Of a stretch of 64,000 nucleotides of DNA, positions 11,108 to 21,439 are shown piece by piece (positions within the stretch are counted from its first letter, which is position 1; the number at the start of each line of letters is the position of its first letter). The DNA is taken from NCBI GenBank assembly GCA_035621895.1, contig DASPWJ010000011.1:1210-65209 (forward strand), read 5' to 3'. The notes below the pieces were generated by a model, which was given only the letters and a program-made list of their open reading frames with translations, had not been told where the DNA came from and made no database searches. The position numbers and the translations under genes are program-made. The DNA is from Burkholderiaceae bacterium. GTDB taxonomy: Bacteria > Pseudomonadota > Gammaproteobacteria > Burkholderiales > Burkholderiaceae_F.

Positions 11108-11731
11108 ATGGCCCGTTATACCGGAGCAAAACTTAAGCTTTCGCGGCGCGAGGGCACGGACCTGTTTCTCAAGAGCGCTCGCCGCACGCTCGATTCGAAA
11201 TGCAAGGCCGACAGTAAACCCGGACAGCATGGCCGCATGTCCGGTGCGCGCTTGTCCGACTACGGCGTGCAGTTGCGCGAAAAACAAAAGGTCAAGAGAA
11301 CCTATGGGCTTTTGGAGCGCCAGTTCCGCCGCTATTTCGCGGAGGCCGAGCGGCGCCGTGGCAATACGGGAGCGAACCTGATTGCGCTGCTTGAGTCGCG
11401 CCTAGACAACATTGTGTATCGAATGGGCTTTGGCTCCACGCGTGCGGAGGCAAGGCAGCTGGTCTCGCATGGGGCCATCGAGGTAAATGGCCGCGTTGTG
11501 AACGTTTCGTCCATGGTGCTGCAAGCAGGCGACCAGATCGCGGTGCGCGAATCTGCCCGCAAGCAAACACGCGTCCAAGACTCCCTGCAATTGGCCAGCC
11601 AGACCGGATTTCCCTCGTGGGTCGACGTCGACGCGCAGAAGATGGTCGGCAAATTCAAGGCCGCGCCGGACCGCGGAGACGTCGCGCAGGACATCAACGA
11701 GTCGCTCGTGGTGGAGCTGTATTCGCGCTGA
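11108..11731 (+). CDS. rpsD: 30S ribosomal protein S4
   Basis: [17 protein letters not shown]-terminus, 207 aa. Confidence 0.96.
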   Translation: MARYTGAKLKLSRREGTDLFLKSARRTLDSKCKADSKPGQHGRMSGARLSDYGVQLREKQKVKRTYGLLERQFRRYFAEAERRRGNTGANLIALLESRLDNIVYRMGFGSTRAEARQLVSHGAIEVNGRVVNVSSMVLQAGDQIAVRESARKQTRVQDSLQLASQTGFPSWVDVDAQKMVGKFKAAPDRGDVAQDINESLVVELYSR

Positions 11732-11742
11732 TTTTTTTGGTG

Positions 11743-11772
11743 CCCGCCACGACACCATGGCGGGTGTTTTTG
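11743..11772 (+). terminator. Intrinsic-terminator-like hairpin plus T-run between rpsD and rpoA (possible internal attenuator)
   Basis: CCCGCCA (11743-11749), an 8-nt loop, TGGCGGG (11758-11764), then TGTTTTTG. It starts 12 nt after the rpsD stop. Confidence 0.5.
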
Positions 11773-11876
11773 AGAGCCGGAGTTTGTGGGCGGCCGGCTC
11801 TTGTTTCAGGTAAGTCCCGCGACCATCCAGCAGCCTTATCGGTGTAACGAGCCGAGGGTATTGAAGGGGATCGTCC

Positions 11877-12857
11877 ATGAGTACAACAGGTTTGTTAAAG
11901 CCGCGTGCCATCGAAGTCGAGTCGACTGGCCCGCACAGTGCCATCGTCACGATGGAGCCATTCGAGCGCGGTTACGGACACACGCTCGGCAACGCCCTGC
12001 GTAGAATTCTTCTGTCGTCGATGGTTGGGTACGCGCCGACGGAAGCGCAAATTGAAGGTGTGGTTCACGAATACTCGACGATTGACGGGGTCCGAGAGGA
12101 TGTAGTCGACATCCTGTTAAACCTCAAGGGCATCGTCTTTAAGCTGCATAATCGCGACGAAGTCAATCTGAACCTGCACAAGGAAGGCGAAGGCGTCGTT
12201 ACGGCGGCGGACATCGAGTTGCCGCACGATGTGGAGGTCGTCAATCCGGATCACATGATTGCCCGTCTGACAACGGGTGGCAAGCTCGAGATGCAGATCA
12301 AGGTCGAAAAGGGGCGCGGCTACATTCCCGGGACGGTGCGTGCGTTCCGCGACGACCACTCTACGACAATCGGCAAGGTGGTGATGGATGCCTCCTTTTC
12401 CCCAGTGCGACGCGTCAGCTACACCGTGGAAAGCGCGCGGGTGGAGCAGCGCACCGATCTTGACAAGCTCGTGATGACGATCGAGACCAACGGCGCGATG
12501 ACTCCGGAAGAGGCGGTGCGCCAATCGGCACGGATTCTTATCGAACAGCTCTCGGTGTTCGCTGCGCTGGAGGGCGTCACCGAGCCGGTCCACGCGCAAC
12601 GCACTTCGCCCGACGTCGATCCGATTCTTCTGCGCCCGGTCGACGACCTGGAGCTGACCGTCCGCTCGGCCAACTGCTTAAAGGCGGAGAACATCTACTA
12701 CATCGGCGATCTGATTCAGCGCACGGAGAACGAGTTGTTAAAGACTCCGAACCTTGGTCGCAAGTCGCTTAACGAGATCAAGGAAGTGCTTGCCGCACGC
12801 GGGCTGACGCTGGGTATGAAATTGGAGAACTGGCCGCCCGTCGGTCTAGACAAGTAA
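11877..12857 (+). CDS. rpoA: DNA-directed RNA polymerase subunit alpha
   Basis: 326 aa with a typical N-terminal domain and a C-terminal domain ([45 protein letters not shown]). Confidence 0.97.
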   Translation: MSTTGLLKPRAIEVESTGPHSAIVTMEPFERGYGHTLGNALRRILLSSMVGYAPTEAQIEGVVHEYSTIDGVREDVVDILLNLKGIVFKLHNRDEVNLNLHKEGEGVVTAADIELPHDVEVVNPDHMIARLTTGGKLEMQIKVEKGRGYIPGTVRAFRDDHSTTIGKVVMDASFSPVRRVSYTVESARVEQRTDLDKLVMTIETNGAMTPEEAVRQSARILIEQLSVFAALEGVTEPVHAQRTSPDVDPILLRPVDDLELTVRSANCLKAENIYYIGDLIQRTENELLKTPNLGRKSLNEIKEVLAARGLTLGMKLENWPPVGLDK

Positions 12858-12864
12858 AGCAAGC

Positions 12865-12884
12865 CTCCGGCCGGGTGGCCGGAG
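12865..12884 (+). terminator. GC-rich stem-loop just after rpoA (weak terminator or RNA-processing or stability element)
   Basis: CTCCGGCC-GGGT-GGCCGGAG, a perfect 8-bp stem with a tetraloop, 8 nt after the rpoA stop. No strong T-run follows. Confidence 0.35.
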
Positions 12885-12990
12885 CCGATTCACTTTGCAT
12901 CGACGATCGGACCGCCCCGAATCTTGCGCGGCTGCAACGGCATCGCCGGGGATCGAAGAATCCGAAACAAGACAAACGAAGGAAACTCTT

Positions 12991-13392
12991 ATGCGTCACG
13001 GACACGGTCTGCGAAAGCTCAACCGCACGAGCAGCCACCGCTTGGCAATGTTGCGCAACATGTCCAACTCGCTGCTGCGTCATGAACTGATCAAAACCAC
13101 CCTTCCCAAGGCGAAGGAACTGCGTCGGGTGGTAGAGCCTTTGATCACACTGGCCAAGGATCCCACGCTCGCCAATCGGCGGCTGGCCTTTAACCGGTTG
13201 CGCGATCGCGAAATGGTGGTCAAGCTCTTTTCCGAGATCGGCCCGCGCTATAAGGCCCGCCAGGGTGGATACACTCGCATACTGAAGTTCGGTTTTCGTG
13301 TGGGCGACAACGCACCCATGGCGCTGATGGAACTCGTGGACCGGCCGCAAACCGGTGCAGCGGCCGCAAGCGATACCAAGCCCGGCGCCTGA
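12991..13392 (+). CDS. rplQ: 50S ribosomal protein L17
   Basis: [25 protein letters not shown]-terminus. Start moved from 12895 to 12991. Confidence 0.96.
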   Translation: MRHGHGLRKLNRTSSHRLAMLRNMSNSLLRHELIKTTLPKAKELRRVVEPLITLAKDPTLANRRLAFNRLRDREMVVKLFSEIGPRYKARQGGYTRILKFGFRVGDNAPMALMELVDRPQTGAAAASDTKPGA

Positions 13393-13399
13393 GCCGATC

Positions 13400-14338
13400 A
13401 TGGCTGCGGCGAACGCCGCCGCGGCAGCCCTGTCGGTGCACGAACTGCGCAAGACTTATGGCACGGTTGCGGCGGTCGATGCAGTGTCTTTCGCGGTACG
13501 CGCGGGCGAATGCTATGCCTTGCTGGGGCCCAACGGTGCCGGCAAGACATCGATCTTGCGCTGCTGCCTGGGTTTGACCGCTTACGATTCGGGCGCCATC
13601 GATTTGCTCGGCTATCGTATTCCCGCCCAGGCACGCCTAGCGCGCCAGCGCACGGGAGTCGTATCGCAGATGGACAATCTGGATCCGGACTTCACCGTAG
13701 AGGAAAATCTCGTTGTCTACGGCCGCTACTTTGGCATCGACCGGCGTACGATCGGGCGGCGCATCCCGGAACTGCTGGAATTTGCCAGTCTTGGCCAGAA
13801 GGTGCATGCGCGCATTAGCGAGCTCTCCGGGGGAATGAAGCGCCGGCTGATGCTGGCACGGGCACTGGTAAACGATCCGAGCCTCATACTGATGGACGAG
13901 CCCACCACGGGTCTTGACCCCCAGGCGCGGCATTTGATTTGGGAGCGACTCAAGCAGCTGCTTTCACGTGGCAAGACGATCTTGCTCACCACGCATTTCA
14001 TGGACGAGGCCGAACGTCTGGCCGACCGCCTAGCAATACTCGATCGCGGGCACAAAATCGCTGAAGGCACTCCGCGCGAGCTCATACGCGAGCAGATCGA
14101 ACCCGAAGTGGTCGAGGTGTTTGGCGAGGGCGCGGTCGAATGGGCCCGCGACCGTGCCCCGAGCCTGTCATCGCGCGTGGAGATAGCGGGAGAGACCGCG
14201 TTTTGCTACGTCACGGACGCCACTGCGATTTTGCGAGAACTCGAGCAACGCCCCGGATTGCGCCACTTGTATCGCCCGGCCAATCTGGAGGACGTGTTTC
14301 TGAAACTTACCGGACGTGAAATGCGGGCAGAGTGGTAA
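13400..14338 (+). CDS. NodI-like ABC transporter ATP-binding protein (ABC-2 / lipo-oligosaccharide exporter family)
   Basis: Walker A GPNGAGKT and signature LSGGMKRRL. Long blocks recalled from rhizobial NodI are present (QMDNLDPDFTVEENL, ARALVNDPSLILMDEPTTGLDPQARHLIWERL, GKTILLTTHFMDEAERL). The ATG is 7 nt after the rplQ stop. Confidence 0.85.
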   Translation: MAAANAAAAALSVHELRKTYGTVAAVDAVSFAVRAGECYALLGPNGAGKTSILRCCLGLTAYDSGAIDLLGYRIPAQARLARQRTGVVSQMDNLDPDFTVEENLVVYGRYFGIDRRTIGRRIPELLEFASLGQKVHARISELSGGMKRRLMLARALVNDPSLILMDEPTTGLDPQARHLIWERLKQLLSRGKTILLTTHFMDEAERLADRLAILDRGHKIAEGTPRELIREQIEPEVVEVFGEGAVEWARDRAPSLSSRVEIAGETAFCYVTDATAILRELEQRPGLRHLYRPANLEDVFLKLTGREMRAEW

Positions 14339-15129
14339 TGACGAACCCGGCAGCCTTTTGGCGCGTTCCTCGGGTCTCGCGCCGCTTCATCCCCGTTTGG
14401 CAGCGCAATATGCTGGTGTGGCGCCGCTACCTGCTCGAACGCGTGCTGTCCAATATCGTCGAGCCGGCGATTACCTTGGTGGCCTTTGGCTACGGCTTGG
14501 GGACCTTGCTGCCCCAGATCGACGGTGTGGCGTATCTGCCCTACCTCGCCGGGGGCACGCTTTGTGTAAGCGTGATGTATTCGGCCAAGTTCGAGTCGCT
14601 CTGGGGTGCGTATAGCCGCATGGAGGTCCAGCACACCTGGGCCGCAATTTTGAACGCGCCCGTGGCCATCGACGACATCTTGCTGGGGGAGTTGGCGTGG
14701 GCGGCCACCAAGTCGGTGCTGACCGGCGCGGCGATGCTGCTGATTGTTTGGGCCCTGGGACTTGCCCGCACGCCCTTGGCCTTATTTGTCCTGCCACTTT
14801 CTTTTATTGCTGGGCTGTCCTTTTCTGCAATGGCCCTGATCGTCAACGCCCGCGCCAAAGGCTGGGACACGCTCTCGACTTATTTCACGATTGTTGTTAC
14901 GCCGATGATCTTTTTAGGCGGGGTATTTTTCCCCCTCTCGCGCCTTCCGCCCTGGTTGCAGGAGATTTCGGCATTTTTGCCGCTAACGGCCCTCGTGCAG
15001 CTCGTGCGCCCATTGATGCTCGACCGCGTGCCGGAGGGCGCTGCGTTTCGCCTAGCGTTGCTGCTTTTTTATGCGTTCGGCTGCTATTTCGTTGCCGTTG
15101 GGCTTAGCCGCCGCAGGCTCTTGCGCTAG
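14338..15129 (+). CDS. NodJ-like ABC-2 type transporter permease
   Basis: Six predicted TM segments, an ABC-2 permease layout. TAATG overlap with the upstream ATPase gene. Confidence 0.85.
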   Translation: MTNPAAFWRVPRVSRRFIPVWQRNMLVWRRYLLERVLSNIVEPAITLVAFGYGLGTLLPQIDGVAYLPYLAGGTLCVSVMYSAKFESLWGAYSRMEVQHTWAAILNAPVAIDDILLGELAWAATKSVLTGAAMLLIVWALGLARTPLALFVLPLSFIAGLSFSAMALIVNARAKGWDTLSTYFTIVVTPMIFLGGVFFPLSRLPPWLQEISAFLPLTALVQLVRPLMLDRVPEGAAFRLALLLFYAFGCYFVAVGLSRRRLLR

Positions 15130-15196
15130 AAATACCAGTCGGCGCCTCGCATGACATGTCATCATTCGGTAATGAAATTTTCGTACCCTGCGCGCG

Positions 15197-16072
15197 ATGT
15201 CGCGCACCTCCGATGGGCTTGACCAGTACAAGCCGCCTAGCACGAAGGCGGGCAATCACTATCGGGCGATTTTTCTTTCCGATATTCATCTAGGAACGGC
15301 CGGTTGCAAGGCCGCCCACCTGCTCGACTTTCTGCGGCACAACGAGTCGGAATGCCTGTACCTTGTCGGCGACATCATCGACGGCTGGGCGCTGCGTTCG
15401 CGTTTTTACTGGCCACAGTCGCATAACGACGTCATCCAGAAAATCTTGCGCAAGGCGCGCAAGGGCACAAGGGTTTACTACGTGCCGGGCAACCACGACG
15501 AAGTCGCCCGCCAGTTCTGCGGTCTGAAATTCGGTGACGTAAGCATTTGCGAAGATGCGCAATACCAACTCAAGGATGGCCGCACCTTGTGGGTAGTGCA
15601 CGGGGATATCGCCGATGGCGTGATTCGCCATGTAAAGTGGCTTGCGCACCTGGGCGATGCCCTCTACGACTGGCTGCTGTGGCTCAACCGGCACCTAAAT
15701 AACTTGCGTGCGCGGCTCGGATTTGGTTATTGGTCGCTCTCGCAGTACCTGAAATACAAAGTAAAGAACGCGGTCAGTTTCATCAGCGACTTCGAGGCAG
15801 TGTTGGTGCGCGAGGCGCGCCGGCGCGGTTACGATGGGGTCATTTGCGGGCACATCCATCATGCGCAGATTCGCACCGTCGATGGCGCCCTGTACGTGAA
15901 CGATGGCGACTGGGTGGAGAGCCTCACGGCCTTGGTCGAAACGCATGAAGGCGAGCTGCGCATCTTGGTCTGGGACAAGATTTTGGCGCCCGACCTGCCG
16001 TCTCCGCATTGGAGCCTAGACGAGCACGAAGTGCCACAGCCTGTTGCCCCGGTTGCGGAACCGTGCGGCTAA
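15197..16072 (+). CDS. LpxH-like calcineurin-type metallophosphoesterase (UDP-2,3-diacylglucosamine diphosphatase family paralogue)
   Basis: Metallophosphoesterase motifs FLSDIHLG, GDIIDGW, PGNHDE, VHGD and GHIHH. At 291 aa it is longer than canonical LpxH. No obvious SD precedes the ATG. Confidence 0.8.
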   Translation: MSRTSDGLDQYKPPSTKAGNHYRAIFLSDIHLGTAGCKAAHLLDFLRHNESECLYLVGDIIDGWALRSRFYWPQSHNDVIQKILRKARKGTRVYYVPGNHDEVARQFCGLKFGDVSICEDAQYQLKDGRTLWVVHGDIADGVIRHVKWLAHLGDALYDWLLWLNRHLNNLRARLGFGYWSLSQYLKYKVKNAVSFISDFEAVLVREARRRGYDGVICGHIHHAQIRTVDGALYVNDGDWVESLTALVETHEGELRILVWDKILAPDLPSPHWSLDEHEVPQPVAPVAEPCG

Positions 16073-16083
16073 ATGGAACGGCT

Positions 16084-17172
16084 ATGAAAATACTAACGGT
16101 GACGGACGCCTGGCACCCCCAGGTCAACGGCGTCGTGCGCACGATCGAGGCGACCAACCGCGAACTAACGCGCGCCGGACACCAGGTTCACGTGATTTCA
16201 CCGCAATCGTTCTTCACGATTGCTTGCCCCGGCTACGGCGAGATCCGCTTGTCCCTGCTGCCGTACCGAAGACTGGCGCGGATGGTGCGCGCGATCGCGC
16301 CCGATGCCGTCCACATTGCGACTGAAGGCCCCTTGGGATTGGCCGCGCGGCGCTACTGCCTGAGCCACCACATGGCATTCACGACCGCGTACCACACGCG
16401 GTTTCCACAGTACCTTAGGGCGATGTACGGCATTCCGGAGGTTTGGGTCTACCGGTTCTTGCGTTGGTTTCATCGCCCTGCGCATTTCATGCTGACTCCC
16501 ACCTCACATATCGAACGCGAGCTCGCGCAGCGGGGCATCAGCAACTTTGCCCGCTGGACGCGGGGCGTGGATTTGGACGTGTTTCACCCTGTCGCTGAGT
16601 CCTCGCCGCTGATTCAAGGATCACCGCGTCCGATCTTCCTTTTTGTCGGACGCGTGTCCGTAGAGAAGAACATTGACGCGTTCCTCGATTTGGATCTGCC
16701 AGGAACAAGAGTCGTGGCCGGCATTGGCCCGGAGCTCGAGCTTTTGCGCGACCGTCATCCGGAGGTGCGCTTTTTGGGCATTTTGAGCCGCGAGGAGCTC
16801 GCCCAGCTTTACTCGAGCGTCGACGTCTTTGTGTTTCCCAGCAGAACCGACACCTTCGGGCTTGTCCTTCTGGAGGCCTTGGCCTGTGGCACGCCGGTCG
16901 CGGCATACCCGGTGCAGGGCCCGCTTGACGTCGTGGGCGGCTCGGGCGTTGCCGTGCTCGACGAGGACTTGCGCAAGGCCGCTCTTGCGGCGCTACGTCT
17001 GGACCGGCACGCCTGCCGCGCCTACGCCGAACGGTTTTCGTGGGCGGCAGCTACGCAGCAGTTTTTGGAGCGGCAGGCGGCGTCCTCAAGCACGGGTTTC
17101 GAGGCGACTCGACACGTCGCGGCACAAGTTACCGACGAAGGCGCAAGCAGCGCGGGGCCAGCACCACAATAG
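16084..17172 (+). CDS. Family 4 (GT-B, group 1) glycosyltransferase
   Basis: MKILTVTDAWHPQVNGVVRT N-terminus and a C-terminal ...FPSRTDTFGLVLLEALACGTPV (EX7E-type) motif. Start moved from 16009 to 16084, 11 nt after the phosphoesterase stop. Confidence 0.85.
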   Translation: MKILTVTDAWHPQVNGVVRTIEATNRELTRAGHQVHVISPQSFFTIACPGYGEIRLSLLPYRRLARMVRAIAPDAVHIATEGPLGLAARRYCLSHHMAFTTAYHTRFPQYLRAMYGIPEVWVYRFLRWFHRPAHFMLTPTSHIERELAQRGISNFARWTRGVDLDVFHPVAESSPLIQGSPRPIFLFVGRVSVEKNIDAFLDLDLPGTRVVAGIGPELELLRDRHPEVRFLGILSREELAQLYSSVDVFVFPSRTDTFGLVLLEALACGTPVAAYPVQGPLDVVGGSGVAVLDEDLRKAALAALRLDRHACRAYAERFSWAAATQQFLERQAASSSTGFEATRHVAAQVTDEGASSAGPAPQ

Positions 17173-17187
17173 CGGGCCCGTTTTCCT

Positions 17188-18285
<1,098 letters not shown>

Positions 18286-18302
18286 TTACTTGCCCAGCCC
18301 GC

Positions 18303-18965
18303 TTACGCCTCCAGTATCTGGGCCGCCGCTTCGCGTAGCTCTTCTAGGCCGCTGCGATCATGGGCGGAAAAAAGCTGTACCGATGTGGCAATGGGTAGAT
18401 CTTGCGCCCGCTGCTCAGCGCGCTCTTTTACCGCGCGGCGTTCGGCGGCGCCAATCTGGTCGGCTTTACTAAGTAGCAAGTGCAGGCGAAAGCGCTCAAG
18501 ATCCTCGCGGCCACAGATCCAGCCAAGCAAGTCTTCGTCGGCCGGCAAGAAGGGCCTTCGAGCATCCATGACCAGCACAACGCCGCGCAGCATTCGACGC
18601 CCAAGCAGGTAGCCGCCGACGAGGCCGTCCCAGCGCTTGCGCGTCATGGCGTCGGCCTTCGCAAATCCGTAGCCGGGCAGATCGACCAGGTAGGCGCAGA
18701 TCTTGCGCTCGGCCAAGGGTGCGTTGTCCATCACCGAGAAAAAGTTGAGCATTTGGGTGCGCCCGGGCGTTTTGGACGAGTAAGCCAGGCGCCGGCGCTG
18801 GGTCAACTCGTTGATGGCCGTTGACTTGCCCGAGTTCGACCTTCCGACAAAAGCCAATTCCGGCAACATTGCCAGTGGCGCCGAAGGCAATGCCGCCAGC
18901 TCCGCAACAGAGATAGTGAACTGGGCGGAAGCAAAGCTGGGGGAATGAGACACGATCGCAGCCAT
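18303..18965 (-). CDS. engB: Ribosome biogenesis GTP-binding protein EngB/YsxC/YihA
   Basis: G1 GRSNSGKST and G3 DLPGYG motifs. Start moved to MAAIVSH (18965); the 89-aa upstream extension in the track has no homology-like character. Confidence 0.88.
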   Translation of the reverse strand: MAAIVSHSPSFASAQFTISVAELAALPSAPLAMLPELAFVGRSNSGKSTAINELTQRRRLAYSSKTPGRTQMLNFFSVMDNAPLAERKICAYLVDLPGYGFAKADAMTRKRWDGLVGGYLLGRRMLRGVVLVMDARRPFLPADEDLLGWICGREDLERFRLHLLLSKADQIGAAERRAVKERAEQRAQDLPIATSVQLFSAHDRSGLEELREAAAQILEA

Positions 18966-19116
18966 GTCGTGCGCAAGCGCAACTGCGCGCTCCTCGGTAA
19001 AATTCGCAGCATAGCCGTTCGGGCGAAAAGCAAACCGAATGCCGCAGAAGACACTAGGAGTGGAAGAAAAAATGGCGATTTTGCAGCGCAGGCAGGTAAA
19101 CAAGGTGGGCGGCGAA

Positions 19117-19770
19117 ATGTTGGCGAAGATTGTGCTCGCGCTCAGCTTCATCGGTGCAGCGACTGTGTCCTTAACGGCGTCTGCGGCGGGCTCCAATGCA
19201 GCGCTCCAGCGGCCCGACGCGACTAAAGGCAAACAGATTGCGGCGCAGGTTTGCGCCGCTTGTCACAACGCGGATGGGAATTCGACGGTTTCGACCAATC
19301 CCAAGCTCGCAGGCCAAAGTGCCGAGTACCTCGTCAAGCAGCTTACCGATCTAGCCAAACCCGCGGGAGACAAAACGGGGCGCGAGAGCCCCGTCATGAG
19401 CGGCTTTGCCGCATCGCTTTCCGCTGCGGACCGACAAAACGTTGCCGCTTGGTTTGCCTCCCAAACCGCGACCGCCGGTACCGCGGGTGGTCCCGAGGCC
19501 GCTCAACTTGGCGAACGACTATACCGTGCAGGACTACCGGCAAAGGCGGTCCCGGCCTGCGCTGGCTGTCACGGTCCTTCGGGCAACGGATTGCCGGCGC
19601 TGTATCCAAAGGTCAGCGGCCAGTACAGTGACTACGTCGAGGCGCAGCTGCGCGCGTTTCGCGACGGCTCGCGCCACAACAACGAAGCGATGGAGCAGAT
19701 CGCCTTTCGCCTTTCCGATCCGGAAATCAAGGCGCTGGCCGATTTTGTCGCGGGGTTACGCGCACAGTGA
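19117..19770 (+). CDS. Dihaem cytochrome c4
   Basis: Signal peptide MLAKIVLALSFIGAATVSLTASA and two CxxCH haem sites (CAACH, CAGCH). Start moved from 19039 to 19117. Confidence 0.9.
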   Translation: MLAKIVLALSFIGAATVSLTASAAGSNAALQRPDATKGKQIAAQVCAACHNADGNSTVSTNPKLAGQSAEYLVKQLTDLAKPAGDKTGRESPVMSGFAASLSAADRQNVAAWFASQTATAGTAGGPEAAQLGERLYRAGLPAKAVPACAGCHGPSGNGLPALYPKVSGQYSDYVEAQLRAFRDGSRHNNEAMEQIAFRLSDPEIKALADFVAGLRAQ

Positions 19771-19806
19771 GCCGGCGCTGCCGGGTGCGTGCGTTGCGCG
19801 CAGCCG

Positions 19807-21075
19807 TTAGGGCAGCAGGCTTTCGATGGCGAACAACTCCGTTGCCGACTCGCGCCGACGCACGAGGTGGCAGGTGTCGCCGTCGACAATGACCTCGGCG
19901 GGTCGACCTCGACTGTTGTAATTGCTGGCCATGCTCATACCGTAGGCGCCAGCCGATAAGACGGCAAGAAGGTCTCCTGCGGCCAGCGCCAAGGAGCGAT
20001 CCTGCGCGAGCCAGTCCGCGCTTTCACAGACCGGACCGACAACGTCATAGATGCGCTGCTCTTGCGCGCGAGGCACTACTGGGCGCACCTCCATCCAGGC
20101 CTCGTACAGGGCCGGTCGCAGTAAGTCGTTCATACCTGCATCGACGATCGCGAAGTTTTTTGCTAGACCGGTCTTGACCACCTGCACCCGGGTCAGCAGC
20201 ACCCCCGCGGCGCCAACGATCGAGCGACCGGGCTCCAAGATCAGCGTCTTGTCGCTGTGCCCGCGCCGATCGGTACAGGCAAGCAAAGCGGTGATGAGTT
20301 CCTCAATGCTGGGAGCCCGCTCGTCACGGTAGGCAATGCCTAGTCCGCCACCAAAATCTATGTGCCGAAGGCGAATTCCCTGCGCTTGGAGGCGATCGAC
20401 GACATCAAATACACGCTCGGCCGCCTCGATATAGGGTTCCACGCTTGTGATCTGCGAGCCGATGTGACAGTCGATGCCGGCGACGTCGATCGCGGGCAGG
20501 CGCGCAGCGTACGGATACAGGGCCTCGGCCTCGGCTGCGGGAATTCCAAACTTGTTTAGTTTTAGACCCGTCGAAATGTACTGGTGCGTTTGCGGGTCGA
20601 CATCCGGATTAATGCGAAGGGAAATCGGTGCCCGCCTTGCCGATGCACGTGCAACGCGATTGATCGTCTCGAGCTCGGCTGCCGACTCCACGTTAAAGCA
20701 GGCGATTTGCGCCTGCAGCGCTGCGCGTATTTCTTCCTCGCTTTTGCCCACTCCTGAAAATACGATCCGCTGCGCACTAGCTCCGGCAGCCAGAGCGCGC
20801 GCCAGCTCTCCGCCAGAAACAATATCAAAGCCGCTGCCTGCGCGCGCCAACAGGTTCAATACCGCGAGATTTGCGTTAGCTTTGACCGCGTAGCAAACCC
20901 ACGCAGAGCGGCCGGCAAGGGCCGCGGTGTAGCGTTGGTAAGCCGCCAAAATGGCGTGCTTGGAATACACGTATGTAGGCGTACCGAATCGCTGCGCAAT
21001 CTGCGTCAAAGGCAGGCTCTCGCAGCACAACGCGCCCTCTTCATAAACAAATGCCGAACTGTCGTCGGCGGTCAT
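19807..21075 (-). CDS. lysA: Diaminopimelate decarboxylase
   Basis: 422 aa with the PLP-lysine motif YAVKAN and a typical Orn/DAP/Arg decarboxylase layout. Confidence 0.94.
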   Translation of the reverse strand: MTADDSSAFVYEEGALCCESLPLTQIAQRFGTPTYVYSKHAILAAYQRYTAALAGRSAWVCYAVKANANLAVLNLLARAGSGFDIVSGGELARALAAGASAQRIVFSGVGKSEEEIRAALQAQIACFNVESAAELETINRVARASARRAPISLRINPDVDPQTHQYISTGLKLNKFGIPAAEAEALYPYAARLPAIDVAGIDCHIGSQITSVEPYIEAAERVFDVVDRLQAQGIRLRHIDFGGGLGIAYRDERAPSIEELITALLACTDRRGHSDKTLILEPGRSIVGAAGVLLTRVQVVKTGLAKNFAIVDAGMNDLLRPALYEAWMEVRPVVPRAQEQRIYDVVGPVCESADWLAQDRSLALAAGDLLAVLSAGAYGMSMASNYNSRGRPAEVIVDGDTCHLVRRRESATELFAIESLLP

Positions 21076-21425
21076 TGCGGTGCCTGAGGAGCGTTTTCGG
21101 GCTTTTGGGGCGTGGCGCTGGAAGCATCGCCGCCAACGCTGTTAGCGCTGTCCCTTGCGCTCACGCCGGCTTCATCGCTCCTGGCACCTGGAGCGGGCCC
21201 CACTGCGCCAGTACCGCCGCCCGCGGCCGCGGCGGCTCCCTGCCCTGCAGCTGCACCCGTAGCGGGAGGGTTCGTGCGTACCGGCCAGGGCGTATCCTTG
21301 CTGTGCCCCGGCAAATACAAAGGGCCCTTTTGCCCGCAAGCCGTGAGCAGCAGCAACGCAGCGATAAGTATGGCGCAACGTTGGTTCGCTCCTAGGGCAA
21401 GTGCGGCTTCAGAAGGCTTTGCCAT
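21072..21425 (-). CDS. lptM: LptM (YifL)-like small lipoprotein with an extended Ala/Gly/Pro-rich tail
   Basis: Lipobox LLTAC followed by GQKGPLYLP, the YifL/LptM signature. It lies directly upstream of lysA with a 4-nt overlap. The start is uncertain because the n-region is unusually long. Confidence 0.75.
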   Translation of the reverse strand: MAKPSEAALALGANQRCAILIAALLLLTACGQKGPLYLPGHSKDTPWPVRTNPPATGAAAGQGAAAAAGGGTGAVGPAPGARSDEAGVSARDSANSVGGDASSATPQKPENAPQAPQ

Positions 21426-21439
21426 AGTTCCAATCTAAC

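Noticed and set aside
18966-19232. N-terminal 89-aa extension of the engB ORF (the track gives 309 aa)
   Set aside because: EngB homology begins near MAAIVSH and the G1 motif. The extension overlaps the divergent cytochrome c4 promoter and 5' region and looks non-coding.
21112-21438. 108-aa Ala/Pro-rich plus-strand ORF opposite lptM
   Set aside because: It mirrors the low-complexity Ala/Gly tail of LptM. The lipobox plus GQKGPLYLP signature supports the minus-strand frame.
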